Notes: generated by a model not told the origin, from the letters alone. DNA of 61,253 nucleotides from Endomicrobiales bacterium (GCA_963794945.1 CAWCFT010000007.1:1-61253), one strand, 5' to 3'; numbered from the stretch's first letter, positions 46,663-60,070 are shown. A program made the numbers and translations.

Positions 46663-49600
46663 ATGATAAGAAAAATAGTTCGTAATTTACTATTTTTAAT
46701 GCCGCTAATGGCGTTTGGCACTGGCGTATCCTTCGCCATGCCCAACTCCATTTCTGACCTTACTGCTTTGGCATCATCTTCCATTCAGGGCCAGGTGCAG
46801 CTTACATGGACCGTGCCGGATACTGTTGACAGTTCTCCTACGCCTTCAGGATACATCGTTAAATACGCCACGGCCGAAATAGATGCGGTCGATTTCTACT
46901 CAACCTGGGTAAACACTTATAATTATAACTGGACAGTTTTCGCTGCGAGCGGTACGGCTCAAAGCATAACATTAATCGGGCTTACGCCTGGAGTGACTTT
47001 CTATTTCGCAGTCGTTGCTATTGACACAAGCGGGGTTAACGGTGTTTGGAACTCTGCATCTGACACAGGAGGAGTTTTCAATACTTTAGACTATGCAGTT
47101 TCTTATGACACCGCACCAGCGCAGGTTACAGGCGTAAACCTTTCGTACGGAAATACTTTCATCAACGTATCGTGGCAACAGAATACGGAAATAGACCTTA
47201 AGGATTACAGAGTAGAAAGCTCAAGCTATTCTAATACACTTGGTTTCACCGAGATAGCCCAGGTAACTAAACCAGGGACAACTTATCAAAACACAAACCT
47301 TATTAACGGCAATACTTATTATTATAGGGTTCGCGCAGAAGATAATGCCGGTAATTTAGGAATCTACAGCGTGGTGCAGAGCACTCGCCCGTGGATCAAT
47401 CTTCCAGTGCCATCACTAAATGCCACCTATTCACAGCCCATATCCACAACAGCAATTAATTGGGCATGGAACAGTCTTCCTGCAGGTACTTCAGGCTATA
47501 ACATCATAAATTCTACATCGGGTGTAATACTATACCAGGCAATGACTCCATCCGATACCTATTGGGCACAGAATTATCTTACCCCAAATTCGTCAAATAC
47601 ACTCACTCTTCAGATATTTAATGGATATGTTACAAGCAATTCACCAGCTCTCACGCTCCATACATATGCCATACCTCCAGTAAATTTCTCCACTTCCACG
47701 TTATCATCAAGAACTGCAACTCTCTCCTGGTCAAACGGGGCAAATGCGCCTGACACCAGTTATCAAATAAAACGTTCCAGCACCAACTGGAACGATTGGA
47801 TTACCATTAACACAGCTGCCGGCGCAACATCCTATTCGGATACCGGTTTGCTTGAAGGCGCAACATTCTCCTATAGTATCTGGGGCATAAACGGGGAGGG
47901 AAATATCCAACTAGCAAATTTTTCCACCATAACTTTTGCTACTTTGCGTATTCCCCCGGGACAGCCGCTCCTTAACACCAATTGTATCACAGGGCCTAAC
48001 GATGGCCAGGTGATACTGCAATGGAGCAAATCTTACGACGACGGAAGCGATCCGACATCAGGCAGGTGTGCTTCGTACCTTGTTGAATGGTCAACATCCC
48101 AAATTAACTCCGATAGCGATTTTACCGCTATTGCGCCTTCTTCATCAAAGCTTGTTCCTGATGACGGGGTTTCAGACCCGATGGTAAATACGGTCACGGG
48201 GCTTTATCCGGGCACAAACTTTTTATTTCGCGCTCAAAGCCATAGACCATGACAACAATTATTCAGTGATGTCAAACACAAAAAGCATACTGGCCCAGGA
48301 TTTACCGCCCAATCCGCCTGGTTCGGTCTCAGCAGTAGCTATAAGTTCGACATCAGTTCAGGTTTCATGGACAAAACCAGTGCTAGCCCTAAACGCTTAC
48401 GACGACATAGCTCAATATATTATTTATAGAGCAACATATTCATTTGCAGGTTTCCAGGCTGGCGTAAGCAGCAATACGGTAAGTCAACCTGCAACAAATT
48501 ATATAGATACCGGCCTGAACCCGAAGATTACTTACTATTACCGTGTAAGCGCGCTTGATATGGGAGATCAGGGTAACGGGTATTTCAGTTATGTATATGG
48601 GTTTGCACTTTCGTCCATTACCAGCAGCTACACACCTGACACAACGCCTCCAGACCCGATATCACAGATAACTGCGCTTACCGGCGCTATTGAGGGGCAG
48701 ATAAACCTCGCTTGGACCTCTCCCGGAGACGATGGCTCAGTTGGAAATATTGTTAACGGCCAGTTCAGGGTGGATTACACTACTAACTCGCTTAAGAATT
48801 TTACAACCTCAAGTTATCAAATTAACATTACAACATCTGTATCTCCCGGAGACCAGAATTTCATTACTATTACAGGCCTAAATTCAGGATCGACATACTA
48901 TTTCCGCGTATGGACTGCTGACCCGGCTGGAAACTGGTCGGGCCTTTCCGCAGGCGCGACGGCCTGGGCGCAGTACGATATCACTCCTCCGTCCGCTATA
49001 AGCAATATTATTGTTACGCCTTTCTGGCGAGGAGTTACTCTTAACTGGACATCTCCCGGTGATGACGGTGATTTTGGAGTGTTGCTGGGTTCATATGAAA
49101 TAAGGACTAATTTATCTCCCATAACTAATCAAACACAATGGGATGCTGTACCGATAGGATTAGGTTATCCTTATAGAGTTGTAATTTCAACTACCGCGCA
49201 GCCCGGAAGCCTGCAATCGGCAGTGATAACAGGGCTTACAGATGGTTTAACGTACTATTTTGCCGTACGCGCAACAGATGATTGGGGCAATCAGTCTGCT
49301 GTGTACGCTGTTTCTCCTTCGGCATCACCTTCCGATCACGTGCCGTCAACTTTTTCGCTTATCGGGCCCGCTGATTATTCAATTGCAACGTCAACTCCGG
49401 TTGTTTTTACATGGAATGCATCATCAGATTTGGATGTAAGTGTTGGAGATTCCCTGAGTTATAGAATATATTATTCCACAGACTCATCGTTTGCGACTGC
49501 CGTAACTCAGATAAATTATACTGGAACAAATTTAGGGGTTGACCTTTCGGCCTATGAAGATATGACAGTATATTGGAGGGTTGATGCCATTGACCTGGAT

Positions 49601-51982
49601 AATAATGTAACACATTCAACCCCATATTCTAGGAGCATCAGAATAAAAACATACAATAACCCGCCAGGCCCTTTCAATTTGAGTGCGCCTTTAAACGATA
49701 TAATTTTGCCCACAGCAACGCCAACATTGACGTGGACTGCCTCTACGGATCCAGACCCCGGGGACATAGTCAGCTATCAGGTTGACCTGTCAACAAGCCA
49801 GAATTTTGCAGTAGTTATTTCATCCCAATTTTTGTCTTCTCCAAGCTATACGACACCGCAATTGATCGAAAATGCAACATACTGGTGGAGGGTCTGGGCT
49901 ACTGACAGCGCTCTTAAAGTCATGTCAAATACAACAGGCTATTTTAGGGTCAACGCGGTGCTTGAAGCTCCATTCGCTTTTAATTTAAGCACACCTACAG
50001 ATAGCATGATTTTTACAACTACAACTGTAAATTTTAGTTGGGCACCTACATACAGCCCTGATCCGGACTCATCAGTAACATATGACCTTAGTTTATCACA
50101 GGTAGCCAATTTTTCGTCAAGCATTACAATAACGGGGCTTACTCAAACTACGACGAATTATTCAAATTTTACGGATCACAGCTTATATTATTGGTGCGTG
50201 ACTGCCAGATGCTCAAACACATTAAATACGCAGTCGTCGCAGATTAATAAATTTTATGTTGATACATTTCAAATATTGCCATCAACGTTCAGCCTTATCC
50301 AACCGGGATACAACGTAGTTATTTCAACTTCTCTCACCCCGCTTTTTACGTGGGCTCCCACAACAGTCCCTGACCCAGAAGACCAAGTGCGGTATACTTT
50401 TTATATATCGCCGAGGCCTGATTTTACAGGGCTAGGCACTACTGCTGTTAATACAGGAACAGATAATTTTTATATTCCCATAACAAATCTGACTGACCAA
50501 ACAACATATTATTGGCGTGTGTTAGCAGCTGGCTATCAGGGAAGCCCTTGGAATACCATACCGGTGCAGGTTGATACCGGTACATGGAGTTCTGTGTCTA
50601 CATTCGTTATTTCAATGGTTGATTACCCTCCGCAAAGTTTTGCGCTATCATCTCCAGCTAGCGGGACAACACTCGCAACAAAAACACCTTTGCTTAAATG
50701 GGGCCAGGCAATAGATACAAATGTAAATTCAGCTATTTCTTACAGCGTTATAATCTCAACCAGCTCTGATTTTTCAACAACGGCTGTTTTTGCACAGGGT
50801 ATTACGGGCACGCAGTATCAGGTCACAACATCCTTGAATGAAAATAAAACATACTACTGGAAAGTAATTGCAACTGACAGCAGGAATGTTTCGACAACCA
50901 GCACAAGTATATTTTCGTTTAATATACCGGTTCTTACCATCCCTCAGGCGCCTATGGGATTTAAGGGGCTATTATCTTCAGACAAACTCTCATTCCAAAT
51001 ATCATGGAGCCCTGTTGCCAAGAACGCTGACGGTTCAAACATTACTGACCTTGCCTCATACAATATATACCGTGGAAGCGAACAGCTAATGGTGTTTATT
51101 GCAAACGTCCCGGCCGGAACCAATCAATGGACAGACGGGTCTATGCAGGGGGTTGAATATTACTACCGTGTAAGCGCCGTGAACAGCTCAGGTGTCGAAA
51201 GTATCCTGCAAGATTCACCCCTGCTGGATTCCTTGTCTCAGGATACCCTCACATATATGAGTGATGACAAATCGCTGCTAATTAATGTACCAGCGCAGGT
51301 CACAAAATATATGCTGGCACAAAACAATTCGTATGCTAAAGACCTGAGAATTAAATTTGAACATAATCCGTCTGCTGAAACCGATAAGATACTATTAAGC
51401 TACCTTATTAATGTCGTAACCGCGGACGGAACGAATATAGATAAATTCAACTTTGCGCAGCCGCTTACTGCGAACTTTGGCTATGGTAGCACAACATTTG
51501 CCGGAAAGCGCCTTGCTATGATGAAAGTACCGGCTGTCGATCTCGGTGAATTGAACATTTACTGGAACAACAGCATAGAATACATGAGAGTAGGCGGGAC
51601 ACTCAACGCATCAAACCAGCAAGTGTCCATTATGGTTCTTAAAACTGGTGAATACCAGTTGAGGCGCGTAAGCCGTGTTGCGGCTTTCTCCGTTGCCAGC
51701 GTTTATCCGCCAAAAGTATTTACTCCTAATATCGCGCCGTATCAAACTATAATATTCTATGTTGATAATCCTCAGGGCGACAAGGTAACAGGCAAGATAT
51801 TCAATTTAAGAGGGGAACATATCGCGGATCTTGCTTCGGATGGAGATCCTACAGCAACAAGCGTTATCCTCAGCTGGGATGGCAAAAACTCAAATGGCGT
51901 ATATGTAACTAAAGGCGTGTATATTTATCAGTTGGAAGGCTCAGGCAAGATCATAAATGGCACGATAATGGTTGCTAGATAG
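46663..51982 (+). CDS. Giant secreted FN3/Ig-repeat surface protein with CHU_C/FlgD-like (T9SS type-B-like) C-terminal domain (1-bp insertion near 48216-48224)
   Basis: Signal peptide MIRKIVRN...VSFA; many GL.PG.TYYF/YYWRV repeats; C-terminus VFTPN...KIFNLRG...WDGKN..G..V.KGVYIY...GTIMVAR. Confidence 0.85.
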
Positions 51983-52011
51983 TAAGCAGCAACCGCATTT
52001 AAGGCAAAAAT

Positions 52012-53809
52012 ATGATAATAATGAGATATATTACCATCATAATGCTGTTAATGCTCCCGGTGCGGCTCTGGGCTGATTTTGACGACACAGGCGCCGGAGC
52101 CAGGGCCAGAGGTATGGGAAACTCATTTACCGCCATTTCTGACGATGTTTTCGGCATGTATTATAACCCGGCCGGGCTCGGATTTATTCAGAACATCGCA
52201 GTTCGCGGCCGACGCCGGAAAACTTTATGTTGGTCTTGGAGATAATTCAAATATGATCTCCGGTTTTACGGGTTTTGCGTTCCCAATAATCAAAATAAAA
52301 ACTACGGAGTCGGTAGTAGCTTCTACTGCTCCAACCGTTAATGTTCCCGGCCAGCCTCCCGCTCCAACTACGATGATGATGAGAACGACTTCGTACAAGC
52401 ATTATGGTACGTTTGGTTTTGGCGCGAGAGCCTTTAGTCTTGAAAATTACTATCAGGAATCAATGTATTATCTTAGTTACGGCAGGCCTGTCGGAAACAA
52501 GTGGGCCTGGGGCGTCAGTGCTAAGTACTTGCAGGAGAATTATATCCTTGACCAATACATGATGGCGAGCCCCGTGTTCGGTTACGGCAGTAAAGATTCG
52601 GTATCGAACGTGAGTTTTGACGCCGGGCTTATTTACAACATTGCGCCGAGGTTCTATGCCGGTATATCGGCGCTCGATATAAACCAGCCTGATCTCGGGT
52701 TGTTGTACGAAGATAAGCTCCCTTGCACAGTGCGCACGGGAATTGCATGGCGCGAAAAAGGCCTTTCTTGGGCGCTCGATGCGGTTTATAGTAGTAATGA
52801 GTGGATCTATTCCACCGGTTTTGAAAAATTCATTGGCGATGTCTTCGGGGTGCGAATGGGTGTTGGCTACGGCGGGATGAATTATTTCAATATAGCAGCT
52901 GGATTTTCAATGAATATTTCAAGGGCTCAGATCGATTATTCTTTTGAGTACCCTGTTGTAGGAATAGAAAGTACTGCGGGCACGCACAGAATATCACTAG
53001 TTTTTAAATTCGGGAGAAAGAAAAAAGAAGAACTGGAAGCAGGGAGCCTAGAGTATTATTATGCTAAAGCCAAGGACGATGTCACGTCATTAAGCCAGCA
53101 GCTCGCTGAAACAAAGAGCGAAAAAGACAATCTGGAAAAAATACTAATAGAAGAATCAACTTTACGCATAAGGGAAAGGATAAAAGCGGCGAAGTCCGAC
53201 GCAAAAACCGGTTCAAACACGTCTTCTGCGCCTGCGGAAGGCAAGGAATCCAAAGAGACCAGGCATATCGTGAGGGACGGCGAAACTCTTCAATCGATTG
53301 CGCATAAGTATTTTGGGGATGAAAAATTCTGGAACGATATATATCAGGCCAACAAGGACAGCATTGGCCGCGGAGGGACGCTTAAGGTCAATCAGGTGCT
53401 TATAATACCCACGCTCGCCCAGCAGGAAAACCAGAGCGTGGCTGCCTTATCGCCCTCTCCTGTGGCCAACCAGGTTGTTCCGATCAAAGTAATAGAAACT
53501 CCAAGCACGGTAGCGACGCTTCCCGGGGTTTCTCCTGATGTAATACCGATCAAGGTGATACCTATAAAGGTAATAGGGCAAGAAAATAGTACTACTACTG
53601 CCGACTCAAAATTGCAGGAGGCTAAAAAAGCCTCAAAGATTACGCCGCAAAAGCCAAGAAAACACATAGTGCAGGAAGGAGAAAATCTACGATCTATCGC
53701 GCAGAAATATTACAATGATCCGAAACGATGGAAGGATATTTATAAAGCAAACAAAAGTAAGATCATAAGCGGCCAGGTTACGCCGGGCATGGAGATAATT
53801 ATCCCTTAA
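52012..53809 (+). CDS. PorV/PorP-like outer-membrane beta-barrel + coiled coil + 2 LysM (indel near 52190)
   Basis: Signal peptide, GARARGMGNSFTAISDD...YYNPAGL, barrel end GTHRISLVFKF, two HIV..GE.L.SIA.KY LysM. Confidence 0.8.
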
Positions 53810-53872
53810 AAGTGTTGAATTTGCAAAGATAAAATAATAAAGAGTTTAAACCAAACAAACGAGGTGATTAAC

Positions 53873-55255
53873 ATGGACGATTCATGGGATTGGGTGCAGG
53901 ACGAACTTAAAAAGATCCAGGACGAGATGCCTCAGGACCCCGAGATGATGCAGGTGGTTGACGCCATCAGTGTAGCAGATTTCTGGAAGAGGCGTTACGA
54001 TGAGGAAAGAATGCTCTGGGAACGCAAACTTGAGATCAAAGAAGACGAGAAGAAGAATCTCAAGGATAAGGCCCAGTCGCATGAGATGTCCATCAAGGAA
54101 CTGGATTACAGGTTCAAGGAGTTGGAGAGGCGCTGGGAGCAGGAGAAGCTTATGCTCGAGGACAGGCTCAAGTCCAAAGAGATAGAATCGTCTCTTGAAA
54201 AAGCCCAGCTTATGTGGGAATCAAGGATAAAGTTGCTCGAGGAAGAGAACAGGTCAATGAAGACACAGCTTGGTCTCTCGCCCGAAGTGCCTGCCCAGGT
54301 TCAAGGCGCCATATCCTACACGGTCGCCACGCCGGCCGCCGATGCCGCCAGGCGCGAAATGGAAAAACACTTAAGCGAGCGCGAGGCGATACTCAGGAAA
54401 AACGAAGAAGAAGCAAAGAAAAGGCTTGAAGCTCTCGAAGCCGAGAAAAATGAAGTCGCTAAGACGCTTGCCGACAAAGAAAAATCTCTCGGCGGTGCGA
54501 AAGAAAAATGGGAAAAACTGGAAAAGGACCTCGACAAGATGTCTGCCCAGATGAGGCAGCAGCTTGACAACCTTAAGGGGCGTGAAGAAGAACATTTCAT
54601 AATACTCGAAGACTTGGCTCGGGGGTTCGCGCACAGGGTAAGGAATTATCTGGGCATAATATCGGGAACGATGCAGCTGAGCCTCGTAAATTTCAAAATG
54701 GAGCCTGACCTTGAGGAACAGCTTAAGATCGTTGACCTTAACGTTCAGGACATGCTTAAGTCCATTGAGGATTTCCTGAGCCTGGCCAGAATACCCGAAA
54801 TGAATATGCAGCCGCTGAACATTAACCAGGTCTCAAACGCGGCTATAGCGTTCCTCGGAGACCGTTTTAAGACGGACAACATCTCGGTCAGCAGGAATTA
54901 CGCGATCGAGATGCCAGCTTTTAAGGGCGACCAGAAACTGCTTACGGAAGGTTTGAGCCACCTTCTTCAGAACTCTGCTGAAGCCATGCCTCAGGGCGGG
55001 CAACTGACAATTGCGACCTCATGTGATCAAGTTAAAGGCATTATATCCATAAAGATAACAGACACGGGCGCCGGAATAACCGAAAACCATATCAAAAAGG
55101 TTTTCCAGCCGTACTTTTCTTCAAAGAAGAACCATAAGGGGCTTGGGCTTACAATTGCTAAAAGGATAATAGACCTTCATAGGGGAACCCTGGCTATTTC
55201 CAGCGCTAAGGGCCAGGGCACAACGGTGTTTATTAATTTATTTTTAGAATCATGA
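53873..55255 (+). CDS. Soluble histidine kinase with long N-terminal coiled coil
   Basis: H box AHRVRNYL, N box LLQNSAEAM, DTGAGI, FQPYFSSK, GLGL; no TM seen. Confidence 0.88.
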   Translation: MDDSWDWVQDELKKIQDEMPQDPEMMQVVDAISVADFWKRRYDEERMLWERKLEIKEDEKKNLKDKAQSHEMSIKELDYRFKELERRWEQEKLMLEDRLKSKEIESSLEKAQLMWESRIKLLEEENRSMKTQLGLSPEVPAQVQGAISYTVATPAADAARREMEKHLSEREAILRKNEEEAKKRLEALEAEKNEVAKTLADKEKSLGGAKEKWEKLEKDLDKMSAQMRQQLDNLKGREEEHFIILEDLARGFAHRVRNYLGIISGTMQLSLVNFKMEPDLEEQLKIVDLNVQDMLKSIEDFLSLARIPEMNMQPLNINQVSNAAIAFLGDRFKTDNISVSRNYAIEMPAFKGDQKLLTEGLSHLLQNSAEAMPQGGQLTIATSCDQVKGIISIKITDTGAGITENHIKKVFQPYFSSKKNHKGLGLTIAKRIIDLHRGTLAISSAKGQGTTVFINLFLES

Positions 55256-55333
55256 TAATAGGAAAGAAGTTTAAGCTATAATATAAGTGTAACCACGGCA
55301 GAGATTTTCTTATAATTGTGTTTAGGGGAAACA

Positions 55334-56537
55334 ATGTCAAGGATTCTTGTAGTCGACGACGAACCTGGAATGCGCCAGGTGATATCAAAGATCCTAGTCC
55401 CTCTTGGTCACGAGATAATCGGTACTGATGAGGGCGCGCGAGCGATAAATATAATGAAAGAGCAGGGCCCTGACGCCGTGCTGCTGGATATACGGCTCGC
55501 GGACATGGACAGCCCGGAAATTATTGCGAGCCTGAAAAAAATAAAATCGAACGTTCCCATAATAATCCTATCCGGTTTCGGCGACGTTGAAGCGGCAATA
55601 GAGTTGGTCAAACTTGGGGCGTTCGATTACATTTCCAAGCCGTTCAAGGTCAACGATTTTACGAGTCTCATAAATAAGGCGCTTTCGAAGGGTGAACCGG
55701 GTAAAACCGCCCTCAGAACACCTTCCGCCACGCAGCCCGGTGCCCAGAAGCCTAACGAAACCTCGACGCCGCTCACAGCGCCAAAGAAATCCAAAAATAC
55801 AACTTCTATGATCTTTGCTGGCTGCGATCTTGTTAGCGGCAACTGGAGGATTTTTTATCTGGAAAACCTACCTTAACGTTCCTGGAGACGCAGAATTTAA
55901 GATAACCAGTACTAACCCTTCCGGCATATGTTTCGACAAGAACTACGTCTGGGTGTCCGACTGGGCTGACGAATGCGTTTACAGGCATAAGCTTGGCGAT
56001 GACCTTAATGTCGTTACCGTATTTAAGACACAAGATGTCGCTCCAACGGGAATAGCCTTCGATGGAAAAAATATATGGACCACAAGTTCTCTCGAGCAGA
56101 AAATTAACAAGCACAAGCTGGACCCGTCTTTAAGCATAGAGGCGTCGTACAACAGCCCAGGCCCAAGCCCTGCCGGACTTTGTTTTGACGGGAAAAATAT
56201 ATGGTCGGTTGATTTTCAACAGGGCAAAATATACAGGCACAAAACAGGGGACTCACTTGAGACCGAGGCATCGTTCACCGTCCCTGCACAAAACCCGTGC
56301 GGTATGTTCATTACGGGAGGGTACGCTTACGTGGCTGATGCAAAAACGAACAGGGTATACAAGCTGAGCACGGACACATTCTTTCTGGCCGGTGTTTTTG
56401 AGATGCCGGGGTTCGAAGGCGGCAGCAGGCACGTGTCTTCGATAGCATACGATGGCAAATCTATCTGGGCATGCGCGAGCGGAATTAATAAACTCTATAG
56501 ATACAATATGAGCAGCCTTAAAAGAGTCCAATTCTGA
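55334..56537 (+). CDS. Receiver domain-TM-beta-propeller protein (indel near 55815), or two genes
   Basis: ILVVDDE/LLDIRL/SG/KPF receiver; TM AAILLAATGGFFIW; repeated P.GI.FDGKNIW blades. Confidence 0.7.
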
Positions 56538-56566
56538 CCGCGAGGGCAGTCAGGAGAATAAAACAA

Positions 56567-56612
56567 CAAAAAGAAAAAACCACCGAAACGGTCCGGTGGT
56601 CATTATTTTTTA
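56567..56612. terminator. Probable bidirectional intrinsic terminator between convergent genes
   Basis: ACCACCG/CGGTGGT stem (56579-56600), A-rich on the left and T-rich on the right. Confidence 0.65.
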
Positions 56613-56618
56613 ATAGAG

Positions 56619-57017
56619 CTAATCCTTAATTATCTTTACCCAGACCTCTCTTGTCCTGGAGCCGTCGAACTCCGCGAAATATATACCTTCCCATCTGCCA
56701 AGCATCAAACCGCCTTTTTCAACAAAAACTGTCTTTGAGTTTCCGCATAAACAGGATTTGATGTGGGCATCAGAGTTCCCTTCAGAATGCGTGAAACCTT
56801 TGTCCCTGGGTACCAACTTCTCAAGAAAGCGGACGATGTCCGCCGCTACATTGGGGTCAGCGTTCTCGTTTATTACGATACCGGCTGTCGTGTGCGGCGT
56901 ATATATAACACAGGCACCGCTTTGAGAGCCGTGTTTGTCGACTATATCGCGGACTTGGGACGTTATATCAACGAGTTCGCTGCGTTTATAGGTGGTTAAA
57001 CTTAATTTTATCAGCAT
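56619..57017 (-). CDS. yjbQ: YjbQ/UPF0047 family protein
   Basis: PHTTAG..INENADP, HSEGNSDAHIK, LGRWEGIYFAEFDG. Confidence 0.92.
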   Translation of the reverse strand: MLIKLSLTTYKRSELVDITSQVRDIVDKHGSQSGACVIYTPHTTAGIVINENADPNVAADIVRFLEKLVPRDKGFTHSEGNSDAHIKSCLCGNSKTVFVEKGGLMLGRWEGIYFAEFDGSRTREVWVKIIKD

Positions 57018-57027
57018 TGAGCATACC

Positions 57028-59204
57028 CTAAACCGGCTTCGCGCCCATTATCGCCAGCGATTCCTTTGCGGTGAGCGCAACCGAGTCGGATTTGTCAGTC
57101 GAGGCTTTTTTGAGGGCCTCTTCCACCTCTTTGCCTTTGAATTTTCTAAGCGCCCACGCGGCGCGCATCCTAACGCGTTCATTCTCACCGTTCTTGCCGA
57201 ACGGCCAGAATCCTTTTTTCGCGAGGCTTGAGATCAAGGCGGGCACGGCCTGAATATTTCCTATGGTCCCAAGAGCTATACATATCTCTTCCCTGAGCGT
57301 ATTATCGCAAGTTGAAGAGCTGAGCAGCTTGATGAGCCCGTTTACAGATTCTGAACATTTTATATCGCTCAACAACCTAATGGTGTCGGAGATGACGTCG
57401 CAATCCTTGTCTTTTAGCTGTTCTATGAGCATTACCCTTGATTGAGGCGTGTTGATCCTGGCCAGGAATTTAAGGATCTCTTTTTTTACTGATGTGTCAG
57501 GGAAACGAAGCAGGCTGCTGAGTTGTTCCAGAGTTTCGCTGTCGCCGAGTTCGGAGAGCGCTTCGACAACGTTTTTAATCTCATCCGCCAAAAGGCCCAG
57601 GTTCAGCTCTTCGGCGAACCGCTTGCGCGCTACAGGGCCTATGTTTTTAAGAGCCAGGGCAGCGAGCCTGCGGCTCTTATATCATCGCTTTCTTTTATAA
57701 CACGGATAAGCGGCTCGATGGCTTTCTCTTCCATCTTGCCAAGTATTTGCAGGCATCCGAGACGTTTTTGTTCGTTGTTGGATTTTAGGTCGGCGATCAA
57801 AAGTTCAACAATTTCCGGTACCAGCTTTCCGAATGTGTTCTTTGTGCTCTGCCTTATCTTGTCGTCAGGCATTATCTCTGGAGATATGTGCTGCCTGAAC
57901 ACGTCTATTATCCTTATAGCCAGGTCGTACTCGCCGTGGAGGAGGTTCTGCCTCGCCCTTCTCCGCAAGATGTCCTCCAGTATGGAGTGAACCTCAAAAG
58001 AGGTCTCGTTCTTTATCGATTCCAGGAGCGGTAGTTCCATGTACCTTATAAGTAATTCCTTGTTCTGCGTTTGGAGTATCTCGTAGACAGAAAGCAGGCA
58101 CTGGGCTGTTGGAAGGCGGATTTTCGCGGCTGTGTTCTTAAGGTTTTCCAAGATCTTCTCGACGAATTTTACCAGGAGCTCTGTGTTCTCTATCTGGCAG
58201 AGCTTTTCGACAAGCTGAGGAATGTTGTCGAGCACCTGCTTGTCCATCAGTGCCGCCGGGTCCTTTTCTAAAAGCCTCTCGACCTCGAAGACGCTCGTGG
58301 GCTTGGAGGTTGAAGAGGAGAACCATTCCGGAAGTTGTTCCAAGAGCCCCTTTCTTATGAGGTCCTCGAAGAACTGCCTCGGTATCTCTTTTGCCGCGGG
58401 TGCGTGCAGCACGGTTTGCATGAACAGCTTAAGCTTTTCAAGCTGGTCAACTGCGGCGAAATCTGATGACTCTTTTTTCCGTATCTCATCATACCATGTG
58501 GATATCTCGCCGAAAATATCTTTGATCTTATCCTGGGAAAGAGCGTTTAGAAGCTTTGGCTTAAGCCCGGACTCTTCTATCTTTATAGGCAGCTCCCGCT
58601 CAAATATCTCCCTCAAAACGCCAGTGTCCTGCTTAGCCAGCTCCTGGGCGAGCCTGTCCTGAGCCTGTACTTTTGACGCTCCTTCAGGTATTTTATCGAT
58701 GAGATCGTAAGATTCCCTGATCGTCTTTATAAGGCCGACTATCTCACCGCCCGTTTCCTTTATCATTTCAGTTATCTTTACTACGGCTTCTTCACCCTTT
58801 ATCATCGCCACATAAACTGTTCGGTCGAGGCCTATGTGCGGGAAATCTGCAAGCTCTTCCCTCTTCTTGCGGATTATGCTGGTGACGAAATCCAGCAGTT
58901 CTTCACGGGTGATGCCCGAGCGGAACGTGATGCTCTGGATCTTTTTCTGGGTGAAAAGTTTAAGGACATTGCTTGCTATCAACTGTATTTCCCGGCTGGT
59001 GGACTCATTGCCGTCGATAAGAAGCTTTCCGGAGAGTTCGCTTAAAGTAAGAGTGCCGTTCTTATCGGCTGTAGACTGAATGGTTTTTGCGAAAACGTCG
59101 AATGTGCTGGAAACCATCTGGCTTGTCGGGGGATATATCTTAAGGTAAGTTACCGCGAGATGGAACGATTTGATAAGGTTGCCGATCACTTCCTGTTCAA
59201 GCAT
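57028..59204 (-). CDS. Large HEAT-repeat protein (indel near 57660)
   Basis: HEAT/PBS repeats (LREEICIALGTIG, VRMRAAWAL); the two ORFs join at IRAA/RSLAALALK. Confidence 0.75.
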
Positions 59205-59268
59205 CTAAACCTCCACGCTGTTTCAGCGGACCTGCCGGAACGGCAGGTATCCTATTTGGAATTACATT

Positions 59269-60052
59269 TTAGAGCGGTTTTTTCTCTGGAATCCCGGCCT
59301 TCCTCGGGTACATGTCCGGTGTGGCTGAAATCTTTTTGAAAGCTATTACGCAATAGGTGCGGCTTTTCATCAGGTATAGTATAACAGAATTTGTGCGCGA
59401 TTTCACTGCCGAGGTGCCTCATGGCGTTTCGGGCCCCGGTAAGCTCTTCATCCGATGCAGATTGCTCTGTTTTGTACAAAAGGGCGAAACCACCGATTTT
59501 TAAAAGCGGAACAGCTATCTCTATGTTAGGGGAAAGTTTTGTTACAGCACGCGAAAGAACAAAGTCGTAGGCGCCGCGGTGAGCTTTATCCCGTGCGATA
59601 TTTTCCACTCTGTCGTTTATGATCTTGAGATCTGTCAGGGCGAGTTTTTCTTTCATATGCGCTTGAAAAAGTGTTTTTTTTGTTATCGATTCAACAAGTG
59701 TGATGTCTTTGAATCCGGACGCCAAGTAAACCGGTATGCCCGGAAACCCCGCACCCGTACCAATATCGGCTATCTTCGGCGATGTATTTGCGGAGAGTGA
59801 CTTCATAACTTTAAGCCCTGCCAGCGAGTTTGCAAAATGGCGGTAGAGGACTTCCTTATCGCTCCTGAACGATACCAGGTTTATCTTTGCATTCCAATCC
59901 TTGAGTTCAGAGAGTAATGATCTAAAGGCCGAAACTTCTTGTCCGGTCAGGGAGAGGCCAAAAGTGTCAGCTACGTACCGGGCCCAGTCGTGCCAGTCTT
60001 GCCCGGTTAAGGGGATGTCTTTTGAAGGTTCGTTAGTTGTTGAATTTTCCAT
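59269..60052 (-). CDS. rsmG: 16S rRNA m7G527 methyltransferase (indel near 59365)
   Basis: WNAKINL, DIGTGAGFPG, SRAV; tail TPDMYPRKAGIPEKKPL in another frame. Confidence 0.93.
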
Positions 60053-60070
60053 TAGATAATATAGAAAAAG

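Noticed and set aside
48216..48224. Phase variation or programmed frameshift in the FN3 adhesin gene
   Set aside because: The homopolymers are short (A3/T5) and similar indels occur throughout housekeeping genes, so error is more parsimonious.
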